Virus record (IMG/VR): IMGVR_UViG_3300032277_000012
Location: 1-43,534 of that record
Reading direction: 5' to 3' (one strand)
Origin: a virus
Taxonomy: Duplodnaviria; Caudoviricetes
DNA: 43,534 nt
Every line of letters starts with the position of its first letter. The stretch's first letter is position 1. The notes beneath the pieces are model-generated. The model ran no database searches. It saw nothing but the letters and a program-made list of their open reading frames with translations, and was not told the DNA's origin. Positions 26,206 to 34,671 of the stretch are shown here, in pieces. The position numbers and the translations under genes are program-made.

Positions 26206-27485
26206 AAAACTTGCTCACCATTGGCTTTGTCCTTGGAGCCGTCAAGCAGCTCCTTGTCAGGGTTGGCTTGCTAAACGCGGACGGAACTCCGGCGGCCGGT
26301 GGCGGCGGAAGCGTGGCCGCTGGTTATGTGAGCGTCGGGGAGACCGGGACATACTCGACGGTCAAGGCGGCCTTTGACGCTGGTGAGTCTCAATTGGAGT
26401 TTGTGAGCGACGTACTAGAAGACACCTCGATAACAGGCACGGGGGGATTCCCGGCCGAGGACGTGACCGTAAACGTTGGCCCCTACACTTGGACCCTCGA
26501 CGACGACGTTGAGCTTGAGGACACGGATTATGACGATCTATTCGACATAATGGTGAGAAACGGCGGCTTTGTATGGGCTCAAACAGTCGCGAACAACCAA
26601 GCGCTGCGCTGCAAAGGCGGGCAGTCTATCGAGCTTAATAATGGCAAGTTCGTCTTCAAAGGCAACGGCTTGCTTACCAATAACTCAACACAAGATCAAT
26701 GCGGCCTGAATTCAAGCGACACGGCGGTTTGCGGTGAGGGAAATTTCCGCGTGACACTGCCAAACAAATACGAGTGTTTCCTCCACTCTTCCAGCGCGAG
26801 CGGTGACATGGTATGGGGGACGGTTGAATTACTTGGTGGCGGAAGCTCTTGCTATGAAGCAATCAAGATCACTGGCAACGCCGGATTCATATGTGACAAG
26901 ATAATCCTGAATGGGACTTGGTCTTCAAGCCAGCGCGCTATAGAGCTTCCTTCGATCTATAGCGACGTGGGAACAATATCAATGCTAGTGAGCGCTGACA
27001 TGGAGCTTGGGGGATGCGTCAAGTCAATCCACAGAGCCCAGAGCGTTTCTCAATTCTCGACTCTCACGCTAGCCGACGACGGGCAGATTCTTGGCGGGGA
27101 CCTCATGGCCTTCGACGACGTTGTTGTTGACCATGACACCCTTATTAACCACTGCCGTCTGGAATTCGAGGATATATCTGGGGTTGGAACTGTGCGCCGC
27201 GTTGATATCTCTCATTGTTTTGGCTGGAACTCTCAAAACGACGACTGGACAATCACTACGGCCTACGGTCAATACATTGCCAACCGCAACCTAGTCTCTA
27301 TAACTTGCAGCGGTGACGAGAATGTCATTATCGGCAACGTCGTCGGAAAGAACACCGGGGGCGGCGGCGGAGCTGGAACGATTACCGTGAGCGGTGACAA
27401 GAACGTTTGCATTGGCAACCTTACAGACGCGGCGATTTCTAACACTGGAAGCGACAACCAGGTCGCGAATAATGTGGAGTTTTGA
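26202..27485 (+). CDS. Right-handed beta-helix (tailspike/pectin-lyase-like) protein
   Basis: VSVGETGTYSTVKAAFDAG cap motif; Asn/Cys/Gly-rich repeats such as SGDENVIIGN, SGDKNVCIGN, GSDNQVANN. Confidence 0.7.
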   Translation: MKNLLTIGFVLGAVKQLLVRVGLLNADGTPAAGGGGSVAAGYVSVGETGTYSTVKAAFDAGESQLEFVSDVLEDTSITGTGGFPAEDVTVNVGPYTWTLDDDVELEDTDYDDLFDIMVRNGGFVWAQTVANNQALRCKGGQSIELNNGKFVFKGNGLLTNNSTQDQCGLNSSDTAVCGEGNFRVTLPNKYECFLHSSSASGDMVWGTVELLGGGSSCYEAIKITGNAGFICDKIILNGTWSSSQRAIELPSIYSDVGTISMLVSADMELGGCVKSIHRAQSVSQFSTLTLADDGQILGGDLMAFDDVVVDHDTLINHCRLEFEDISGVGTVRRVDISHCFGWNSQNDDWTITTAYGQYIANRNLVSITCSGDENVIIGNVVGKNTGGGGGAGTITVSGDKNVCIGNLTDAAISNTGSDNQVANNVEF

Positions 27486-27923
27486 ATGAGAACCATGATC
27501 GATCTGGCAGAGCTTATAAGCGGAGAAATTTCGGACAGGGCGGAAGCCATAGAGGCTATCCACGAGGCGCTTCCAGCAAACCCAAAGTATCGGGTTTGCT
27601 CCAAGCACAAGAAGGTCATGGAGCGCTACAAGCGAGCGGGCGACGACGAGAAGAGAATCCCCAAAGAACACCGCGATTTTGACCCCGCCGACAATGATTC
27701 AAAGGTGAGCGCGGTCAAGGAAGGCTTCTCTTTCAAGTGCTACGTTGGGCCGCCTCTAAAGGAGGTGAGCCAGGGGCTTAGGGAAGAGGTGGAGACTTAC
27801 AACAACGCCTTGCGCGCAAAGCGAGAAGAGCTAAGTTATTTGGAGAGGTCCAAGCTTAGACTTGAGCGGGCATTGGAGCCAATACAGCGCTTTATTGAAA
27901 AGGACGAGCCTGAAAAGAAATAG
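27486..27923 (+). CDS. Hypothetical protein, C-terminal coiled coil
   Basis: Abuts previous gene; GGAG RBS. Confidence 0.6.
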   Translation: MRTMIDLAELISGEISDRAEAIEAIHEALPANPKYRVCSKHKKVMERYKRAGDDEKRIPKEHRDFDPADNDSKVSAVKEGFSFKCYVGPPLKEVSQGLREEVETYNNALRAKREELSYLERSKLRLERALEPIQRFIEKDEPEKK

Positions 27924-27932
27924 GATTAGCCC

Positions 27933-27960
27933 TTGACCGCTCTCTTATAACTTCGATAAT
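27933..27960 (+). promoter_or_regulatory. Promoter of the modification operon
   Basis: TTGACC-16 bp-GATAAT, then GGAGGT RBS before GTG 27980. Confidence 0.6.
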
Positions 27961-27979
27961 TGGAGATCGGAGGTGAGCG

Positions 27980-28696
27980 GTGTTCGAGGACGTTTCTAAT
28001 TTATACGATAGGGCTTCAGAGACCTATGACGAGCGGTTTACAAGGCCGATAGACAGAGCAGAGGACGAGTGGGTTCGGGCGAAATGCGCTCCTCTCACTC
28101 GTCTCAACACTTCGAAGGCGGGTTTTAACCCTCAAGTCCTTGACCTTGGTTGTGGGACTGGTTGGCTTCTAGACCAAGTGAAGTGCATACCTCCAAGCCG
28201 CTACCTAGGCTTGGACATTTCAAAGGGCATGATCTCCCAGGCTGTTTCGAAGTATCCCGACTACAATTTCGGGGTCGAGGACATGGCCGCGACCAAAGAG
28301 CCCACCCACTACTATGACTCGGTGATTTCCACTTACGGGGCCCTCAGCTACCACGAGTATCCCGAGCATTGCGCTCTTGAGATAGGGCGAGTTCTCAAGC
28401 CAGGGGGGCGATTCCTAGTCATGGCCTACGGCCCGAGCTACCGCCACCGGCACACTTACATAATGAGAGACAAAAACTCGCGTCTCCAATTCTACACTTC
28501 AGAGAAGCTTAAAGCCTTGTTTCCATGGGCGGAGGGAGTCAAGGTACAAGGCCTCAATGGCTTCTCTGAGTCTTTCAAGAACTCGCGTTTCGTGGGTTCA
28601 ATCTTGAGGTTTGAGGCGGCCACCATTGGACGCTTCGCCCCGGACCTTTGCTATTCCCTCGTGATTACAGGACGCAAGCCATGCCCAAAAGAATGA
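27980..28696 (+). CDS. Class I SAM-dependent methyltransferase (small-molecule/RNA-type, not a canonical DNA MTase)
   Basis: VLDLGCGTG, GLDISKGM, YDSVIS, RVLKPGGRF motifs. Confidence 0.92.
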   Translation: MFEDVSNLYDRASETYDERFTRPIDRAEDEWVRAKCAPLTRLNTSKAGFNPQVLDLGCGTGWLLDQVKCIPPSRYLGLDISKGMISQAVSKYPDYNFGVEDMAATKEPTHYYDSVISTYGALSYHEYPEHCALEIGRVLKPGGRFLVMAYGPSYRHRHTYIMRDKNSRLQFYTSEKLKALFPWAEGVKVQGLNGFSESFKNSRFVGSILRFEAATIGRFAPDLCYSLVITGRKPCPKE

Positions 28697-29820
28697 TCGG
28701 ACTCGGAGTTGTAGAGGCGGCCATTAAGCGTATTGAGATCTTATATAAGAATCCGCTGGACCGTGTTGTTATAGCCGTTTCCGGGGGCAAGGACTCAACC
28801 GTGCTCATGGAGCTTTGTTACATGGTAGCAGAGCGTCTCGGGCGCTTGCCAATAGAGGTTATGACGCGGGACGATGAGATTATGTTCCCCGGCACTTTTG
28901 AGTATCTTGAGCGCGTGGCCAAGCGACCGGGGATCAAAATGCACTGGATCACCCAGCGGCAGCCAGTGATTAATATCTTCAACCGTGAGAGCCCGTATTT
29001 CTGGGTTTTCGATCCGCTCATGAGTCCCACCAACTGGGTCCGACAACCGCCAAGCTTTGTTGAGTATCGCCAGGAGAACGCGGCAGAACTCATTATCACC
29101 GACAAGTATTTTCCTCCCCAGGAGGGCGGGACGTTGTACCACGTCAAGGGCCTCCGTTGCTCAGAGAGCCGAAGCCGATCCTTTGGGCTCATGGGTTCCG
29201 GTGACTTCATAACCCGCCACAAGCACCAAGGAGCGCTTCACGCGCGGCCTATCTATGACACCAAGGATGGGGACATTTGGAAGATAATCAAGGACTTCAA
29301 ATTTGACTTCAATTCGGCATATTCGGTCATGAATCGCTTGGGCTTGCCCCGGCACAAGAACCGGATCGCGCCACCCACCCAGGTCACTGCGGCCGTCCAG
29401 GGTTTACAGCTGGCCGCGAAGGCGTGGCCGCGCTGGTTCGACAAAGTATGCGAACGTTGCCCAGGCGCTAGGTTGGCCGCAAACTTTGGGTTGCGCGCTG
29501 TGAAACCGCTAAGGCGCCAGGGCGAGACTTGGGCCGAGACCTACGAGCGCGTTTGTGTCCGCGAGGCCCCTACGTGGATCTCTGAGCGCTCCGTAGTCAT
29601 TCGAGACAAGATAATGAAGCTCCACCGCAAGCACTCAACCACCGACTTCCCCCAGCGCCAGCGCTGCCACGAGTGTATGCCTTGTGGCAGCTGGTATGAT
29701 ATGGCCGCGTTGGCCTACAACGGGGATCCCTTCGCAATGAAACAGAAAATGGTCCCACTCCTTCACCCTGAGTTTTTCCGCAAGGGCGCAGGACGTTGGG
29801 ACGGAAAGCCAGGAATATGA
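28681..29820 (+). CDS. PAPS-reductase/PP-loop family protein, IbrA/YbdN-like
   Basis: AVSGGKDS PP-loop, DDEIMFPGT, GLRCSESRSR, PIYD...DIW, FNSAY; C-terminal CxxC. Confidence 0.9.
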   Translation: MPKRMIGLGVVEAAIKRIEILYKNPLDRVVIAVSGGKDSTVLMELCYMVAERLGRLPIEVMTRDDEIMFPGTFEYLERVAKRPGIKMHWITQRQPVINIFNRESPYFWVFDPLMSPTNWVRQPPSFVEYRQENAAELIITDKYFPPQEGGTLYHVKGLRCSESRSRSFGLMGSGDFITRHKHQGALHARPIYDTKDGDIWKIIKDFKFDFNSAYSVMNRLGLPRHKNRIAPPTQVTAAVQGLQLAAKAWPRWFDKVCERCPGARLAANFGLRAVKPLRRQGETWAETYERVCVREAPTWISERSVVIRDKIMKLHRKHSTTDFPQRQRCHECMPCGSWYDMAALAYNGDPFAMKQKMVPLLHPEFFRKGAGRWDGKPGI

Positions 29821-30530
29821 GCGAGCTAATCCTGCCCAAGACACGGGCCCACATTTTAGAGGCCGTGGAGCCTTTCCACCGATTTGACGGTATGTTTGAG
29901 AAGGGGGCGATCGCTCATTGGAACAAGTTGGCGCAAGCAATCCACGCGGGGGGAGGCTCGCGGCGCGTTGTGAGGAACCCCGGAACCTTTGACGGGGAAG
30001 GATACACTTGGGGCGACAGTGGGGACCGGCTTGACTACTCGGTGATAACCGGGGACGTGGTCACCTCTCACATGACGAGCTTGTTCGACCAATACCACAA
30101 CGCGGGAGTTCTTCCGCGTTTCGCCATGCACTCAATTCGACGGGTTTTGCGTGAGCCTTATGACGAGCTTTCCAGGCTTCATGTCGCGATGCTTGGCAAC
30201 GGCTCACGGGTTCCTTGGCACCGTGACAAGCATGAGATCAAATGCGCCCTCTTCCTCACCACCTCCAGGCCGGGCGAAGGTGCCCACCTTGAGATAAGAC
30301 CGAACCGGGGCGGGGACGTTCACAAGATAGAAGCGCGAGCTGGCCGCTTGGTTGTCTTCGACTCAAACCGCTGTGAGTATCGCTTGACGACTTGCACACC
30401 AAAGACCCCAGGCCGAAAGGCCGTTGTTTTTATGGACTATATCCACCCCTTTGTTTTCAAGATTAAAAGGCCCGAGCTGCTCAACGATTTTATGTTCGGC
30501 AAAATGGACCTTTCAGGAGCTAAAGAGTGA
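29817..30530 (+). CDS. 2OG-Fe(II) dioxygenase-fold protein (prolyl-hydroxylase-like); distal His appears replaced by Tyr
   Basis: PWHRD...LFL...GEGAHL...AGRLVVFDS..CEYRL...GRK...Y. Confidence 0.75.
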   Translation: MSELILPKTRAHILEAVEPFHRFDGMFEKGAIAHWNKLAQAIHAGGGSRRVVRNPGTFDGEGYTWGDSGDRLDYSVITGDVVTSHMTSLFDQYHNAGVLPRFAMHSIRRVLREPYDELSRLHVAMLGNGSRVPWHRDKHEIKCALFLTTSRPGEGAHLEIRPNRGGDVHKIEARAGRLVVFDSNRCEYRLTTCTPKTPGRKAVVFMDYIHPFVFKIKRPELLNDFMFGKMDLSGAKE

Positions 30531-31426
30531 CGACCAAGACAGACGCGAAAGGCATGGAGAAAATCCAGCGCCAGAAAAAGCGGACACTGGACAAGAAGTC
30601 CAGAAAGGCGGCCAACAAGAAAAACGCCAAGCTCAAGAAACTAAAGATCGTTTTCGTTGAACCCGCAAAGCTTGCCCCCAACCCCTACAACCCAAACCGC
30701 CAGAGTGAGCATGAATTCGAGTTGCTATGCCGGTCAATGGAGGAGGACGGCTTCACTCAGCCGGTGGTTGTTTCGAGCAAGGAGAAAACGGCGGACGGCT
30801 TGAACCTCATTGTTGACGGTGAACACCGTTGGCGAGCTGGCCAAGCCTTGGGAATGGACGAGATACCCATTGTCTTGGTTCCAATGTCCAAAGCTCAAAT
30901 GAGAATCGCGACCTTGCGCCACAACCGAGCGCGGGGAAGTGAGGACATTGAGAAGGTGTCCGAGGTCATGAGGGAGATCCAGGAGCTTGGGGCGGGCGAG
31001 TGGATGCAAGACTCGCTCATGCTTGACGACACCGAAATGAACAAGCTCCTTCAAGATATCGAGGCCCCCGACGCCTTGGCTAGTGAGACATATAGCGAGG
31101 CTTGGGAACCGGACAAGGGGACGGGCGATAAAGTCTTGACCGAGGACGGCAAGTATGACGAGAAATACGGAAAGTTCGAGGCGGCCACGTCCGGGGCTAT
31201 TGCTGCGGAACGTGAGCGCGACGAAAAGCTAGCCAAGGCCAAGAGCGAGGAAGAGAAGACTATGATTCGGAATGAATCAAACGTCTACCGCGTCTACCTC
31301 ACTTTCTCCGGTGAGGAGGGCGAGATCGTCAAGGCCGTCCTTGGTAAGCAGCAAGCCGAGCGGCTCCTTGCGCTTTGCAAGGTAGCTCACAAGAAACTCA
31401 AGAAGGCCCCCAAGAAGGCCAAGTAA
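30527..31426 (+). CDS. ParB/Srx N-terminal-domain protein, IbrB/YbdM-like
   Basis: PNPYNPN...LLCRSMEEDGFTQPVVV...IVDGEHRWRA...ATLRHNRARG. Confidence 0.92.
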   Translation: MTTKTDAKGMEKIQRQKKRTLDKKSRKAANKKNAKLKKLKIVFVEPAKLAPNPYNPNRQSEHEFELLCRSMEEDGFTQPVVVSSKEKTADGLNLIVDGEHRWRAGQALGMDEIPIVLVPMSKAQMRIATLRHNRARGSEDIEKVSEVMREIQELGAGEWMQDSLMLDDTEMNKLLQDIEAPDALASETYSEAWEPDKGTGDKVLTEDGKYDEKYGKFEAATSGAIAAERERDEKLAKAKSEEEKTMIRNESNVYRVYLTFSGEEGEIVKAVLGKQQAERLLALCKVAHKKLKKAPKKAK

Positions 31427-31438
31427 GCGAAGGAAACC

Positions 31439-31708
31439 ATGGCAGAACCCCGACTCAAAACCTGCACTATGAACACAAACAACGGACAAACGCGCATAGC
31501 TTTGCTTGCAGAGTCCGGGGTGACCTATGCTATTCGCTTTGCCTTCGACTCTGTTTCCAAATCGGAGCGGTTCGCGGAGTCGGCCAGGGGAGTCCTTGGA
31601 CTTCTCGTTGGCCAGCGTATTTACTTGAACAACCAAAACCAAGTCAGCACCGTGGGCTTTTTCAACCCGCGAGCGCTGGCCAAATCATTTCAGGAGGGCC
31701 AAGCATGA
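31439..31708 (+). CDS. Hypothetical protein
   Basis: AAGGA RBS; ATGA coupling to the next gene. Confidence 0.55.
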   Translation: MAEPRLKTCTMNTNNGQTRIALLAESGVTYAIRFAFDSVSKSERFAESARGVLGLLVGQRIYLNNQNQVSTVGFFNPRALAKSFQEGQA

Positions 31709-32172
31709 GCTCTATGCAAGACGCAATTAATGCGAACAAGGAATCGGTGGAGGCTTCAAAAAAAAAGCCACTCAAAAAGAGTCTTACGGTGAAAGCATCT
31801 GCAGCAAACTCTATCCTGCCTATCATTGCCTTTCTAGTGTCTCGGCACTTGGGAGTCGAGGCGGAGCTGGCCGCGACAATTGCAGCGGGGATCTTCTCGG
31901 TTTTGTCGTTCTTGACGAACTACGGCATGAGGCGAGCTTTGGGGTCCGTTTTGATTATCCTCTCCCTCTCCGTTTCGACAGCTTGCGAGACCGTAGAGAC
32001 CCGAATGGACAAGAAATACGTAACGGCGGACCAAAAGACGCTGGACGCGGTGGGCCCCAGGCTTGACAGCTTTGAGGCAAAACATGGTAGCAATCTCGAA
32101 AAGAAACTTTGGGCCGAGTTAAAAGCCAGTTGGCAATCTCGGATAGACGAGGAAAAGAAGTCGTGGAAGTAA
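31705..32172 (+). CDS. Holin-like membrane protein fused to a lipoprotein-like C-terminal domain
   Basis: GGAGG RBS; KPLKKSLTV plus two hydrophobic helices, then MRRALGSVLIILSLSVSTA-C lipobox-like segment. Confidence 0.55.
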   Translation: MSSMQDAINANKESVEASKKKPLKKSLTVKASAANSILPIIAFLVSRHLGVEAELAATIAAGIFSVLSFLTNYGMRRALGSVLIILSLSVSTACETVETRMDKKYVTADQKTLDAVGPRLDSFEAKHGSNLEKKLWAELKASWQSRIDEEKKSWK

Positions 32173-32492
32173 TTAAGGAAACAGCTAAACGGATTGTGAG
32201 CGGTGTGAGTGAGCGCATACCGGGAGTCATGGATGACCTTGCTCTTGGCGCTCAAGACAAGGTGGAATTCGCGGCTGCAACGGCGGCTGAAATAGCTCAC
32301 ATGAAGCTTGCTGGCCAGGACACAGCCCACCACGAGCGGGCGCTTGAAGCCATTGTGTCTAACTGGGATTACGAGAAGTCAAGCGTGGTTTCTAGGGCGC
32401 TTTGGGACGCGGTAGAGGACGTGTTTGGCGGCGCGGGCGCTTTCCTTGGGGGCTTCGCTTCGGCGGCTATCGAGAAGGGAATCGGGCTCTAA
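32163..32492 (+). CDS. Hypothetical protein with Gly-rich hydrophobic C-terminus
   Basis: GTG 32163 overlapping the previous stop; VFGGAGAFLGGFASAAI tail. Confidence 0.55.
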   Translation: MEVIKETAKRIVSGVSERIPGVMDDLALGAQDKVEFAAATAAEIAHMKLAGQDTAHHERALEAIVSNWDYEKSSVVSRALWDAVEDVFGGAGAFLGGFASAAIEKGIGL

Positions 32493-32719
32493 TGAACTGC
32501 CTATTCTTGGTTTCGCCAGTGGATAAGCCTTGGGAGATGATCCAAGTTTATGGGTCCAACCACTTCAAATTCGAGACTTCCTTCTTGCTCTGGGATTCCC
32601 AATCCGAGTGCTTTCATTGGGAGCCAGCGGACAACTACAAGCCATACTCAGCCAGAGAGGCCATGGAGCATGAAGCCCAAAGGAATCGAGAAGTCCGAGC
32701 CCCAGCACCCCTTGCTTGA
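32492..32719 (+). CDS. Hypothetical protein
   Basis: TAATG coupling. Confidence 0.5.
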   Translation: MNCLFLVSPVDKPWEMIQVYGSNHFKFETSFLLWDSQSECFHWEPADNYKPYSAREAMEHEAQRNREVRAPAPLA

Positions 32720-32903
32720 ATACCTCGAGTACCAACACCTCCCCCTACCCAAGCAACGAGAAGCCAAGGGATTTTATGACCTTGCTCGTTGCCTCGCTTA
32801 CCGAACGCAGAACCCAGGCTTAGACCAAGCCATGGATTACTTGCTCAAGGCACAAATCGCCTTCACTCAGCCCGGTGAGCCCCACGAAAAGAAAAGTGGA
32901 TAA
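32670..32903 (+). CDS. Small helical-hairpin protein, possible Acb2/Tad1-like nucleotide sponge
   Basis: LLEYLEYQHLP...GFYDLA...P...AMDYLLKAQIAFTQP pattern. Confidence 0.4.
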   Translation: MKPKGIEKSEPQHPLLEYLEYQHLPLPKQREAKGFYDLARCLAYRTQNPGLDQAMDYLLKAQIAFTQPGEPHEKKSG

Positions 32904-32907
32904 CCCC

Positions 32908-32935
32908 TAGCAAAAAGCCAGGACGCGCTTATAAT
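32908..32935 (+). promoter_or_regulatory. Rightward promoter
   Basis: TAGCAA-16 bp-TATAAT; GACGCGCTTATAAT is a 13/14 match to the erf promoter. Confidence 0.55.
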
Positions 32936-32968
32936 GAGGGCCCACCCTTTTATAAAGGAGGCCCTCAA

Positions 32969-33238
32969 GTGAGTGTAGGCTTTGATCTAGCGATAAACGA
33001 GTCGAGCTGCTTGGCTTGCCGTTCTAGTATCCATTGGCGCTTTTGCGCGAACCCCGTTTGCAACCAGACCAACCGAACCCGTCACAGTTTCATGACTGGT
33101 TTTGAGCCGGATCCGCTTGGCCAAGGTTTTCGGCAAACTTTTGTGAACCTTATAGCTTGCGAGTGGCGCGAACTGGTTTTGCCGCCGGTCAAGGGCTATT
33201 ACAGGCTTTGGCGCTGGAGGTGGCCGCGTGAGAAGTGA
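32969..33238 (+). CDS. Hypothetical protein with CxxC motifs
   Basis: AAGGAGG RBS. Confidence 0.5.
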   Translation: MSVGFDLAINESSCLACRSSIHWRFCANPVCNQTNRTRHSFMTGFEPDPLGQGFRQTFVNLIACEWRELVLPPVKGYYRLWRWRWPREK

Positions 33239-33473
33239 ATGGAGACGGAGGGCGCGGGAGGTCATTAAGGAAGTCCAAGCGCGCTTCCCAGGTTACCACG
33301 GGCCAGTTTTGCGGGCCCAGCTCCGTGAGTTCTACCCATTCGGAGAGCGCTACGGCCACCCCTACAAGATATGGCTTTCCGAGGTTAGGCGAGTTTGCAA
33401 CGCCCCGGACGAGCCCAACCCAAACACTAAGCGGCCACGCAAGGACGCGCCAGGACAAGAGAAACTATTCTAA
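33228..33473 (+). CDS. Phage hypothetical protein
   Basis: YPFGERYGHPYKIWLSEV motif recalled from phage proteins; GGAGG RBS. Confidence 0.6.
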   Translation: MRSEWRRRAREVIKEVQARFPGYHGPVLRAQLREFYPFGERYGHPYKIWLSEVRRVCNAPDEPNPNTKRPRKDAPGQEKLF

Positions 33474-33486
33474 CCAAGGTGAGATC

Positions 33487-34671
33487 GTGACCAAATACAG
33501 AAGGCAGACCAAGGACTTGAGAGACGCGAACCCGGCCCTTGCGCTGGTAGAGAAGGAGGCGAGCAAGAAGAAAAAGAAGACTCAGACGCCCTATGAGGCT
33601 TACCCTGAGTTGTTGGGCAAACCTTACGTAGCACCAAAATGGAAGAAATACACACCAAAGGAGAAACCAGTGAGTGAAGCACTGAAATTGACAGGGGCCC
33701 ATTGCATAAGGCCCGACTTAGAATTTCATGAGGGAACGATCCGCAAAGGCTCTTATTGGGAGGGCGATTGTCAGCGTTGTGGCGGCCACTTCAAGTTCCC
33801 CAGGACCAACGATAAGTGGACTCAAGACAATATCTCAAAGTGCCCCGTTTGCTTGGGGCAAGCCCCTCAAGATCTCTGGGGATCCGTGCTAACCGTCCCG
33901 GCCAAGTCGGTCAAGTCCATTGAGCAGACGCTAGAAGACATGGACGGCGGGGCCCCCAAGGGCGAGGGCGTCTACAAAGTCGGGGACGACTTCTTCAATA
34001 TTTGCCAAGATTGTAAAAACGAGTTCAAGCTTGGCAGTCGGCCGAAGTTATGGACCGAGCGAAGCAAGACAAACTGCGCGCCATGTCGTAAGAACCAATC
34101 TTTTCTAGCATCTGAGGATAAACGTAGGGCCAAGAGGAAAGAAGAAAAGGCAGCCAAAGAAAAGGCAGCCAAAGAAAAGGCAGCCAAAGAAAAAGCGAGG
34201 CTCGCAAAGCTCGCGGAGGACAGCGCTGGACAGCAATACGACGCTGCTTATTATCGGCGCCAAGAGCAAATAGCCGAGGCAGCGCGCCAGGAGCGCAATG
34301 AGGAAAAAACGAGGCTCGCGAAAGAGAGATACTTGAAGCGTGAGGAGGAGCGCCAGGAGCGCAGGGCCAAGCCCTCAGAGCGCAAGGCGGCCAAGGAAGG
34401 CTTGGAGACCCTCAAGAGGATATCAGAGACCTTCAAGGACAAACCCACCCAGATCGAAACTCCAGAACCAGAAAGAAAAACCTTCCCAATGCCACAACTC
34501 CTCCCCCTACCCGAAACCACTAAAAAACAAGACCGCTCGATAGAGCTCATGCTGTGGAGAATTCGCAGTGAGTGCTTGAGCCTTTGGGTCGAAGCTGAGG
34601 ACGGGGACGAAGGCATGAGAGCGATCTCCAAATACCTCAAGGAAGAGGCCGAGAAAGCGGGGCAAGCATGA
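33487..34671 (+). CDS. Zinc-ribbon and charged coiled-coil protein
   Basis: CQRC/CPVC/CQDC/CAPC motifs, then KEKAA repeats; GTG 33487 with AAGGTG RBS. Confidence 0.65.
   Translation: MTKYRRQTKDLRDANPALALVEKEASKKKKKTQTPYEAYPELLGKPYVAPKWKKYTPKEKPVSEALKLTGAHCIRPDLEFHEGTIRKGSYWEGDCQRCGGHFKFPRTNDKWTQDNISKCPVCLGQAPQDLWGSVLTVPAKSVKSIEQTLEDMDGGAPKGEGVYKVGDDFFNICQDCKNEFKLGSRPKLWTERSKTNCAPCRKNQSFLASEDKRRAKRKEEKAAKEKAAKEKAAKEKARLAKLAEDSAGQQYDAAYYRRQEQIAEAARQERNEEKTRLAKERYLKREEERQERRAKPSERKAAKEGLETLKRISETFKDKPTQIETPEPERKTFPMPQLLPLPETTKKQDRSIELMLWRIRSECLSLWVEAEDGDEGMRAISKYLKEEAEKAGQA
34142..34193 (+). repeat. 15-bp tandem repeat, about 3.5 copies (AAGAAAAGGCAGCCA), in frame (KEKAA)
   Basis: Read directly from the sequence. 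Confidence 0.9.

Noticed and set aside
28681-29820. cysH auxiliary metabolic gene for sulfate assimilation
   Set aside because: Length, motifs and ParB partner fit IbrA/YbdN-like proteins; no other sulfur genes are present
30527-31426. ParB as a plasmid-prophage partition system
   Set aside because: No ParA Walker ATPase, no HTH or parS seen; the ATLRHNRARG motif and adjacency to the PP-loop gene indicate the IbrB/YbdM type
31375-31704. N-terminal extension of ORF 31375-32172
   Set aside because: Overlaps two better-supported genes; ATG 31705 has a GGAGG RBS
33235-33486. N-terminal extension of ORF 33235-34671
   Set aside because: Overlaps 33228-33473 in another frame; GTG 33487 preferred
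34142-34193. Tandem repeat as CRISPR array or phase-variation tract
   Set aside because: No spacers; the 15-bp unit preserves frame and simply encodes KEKAA
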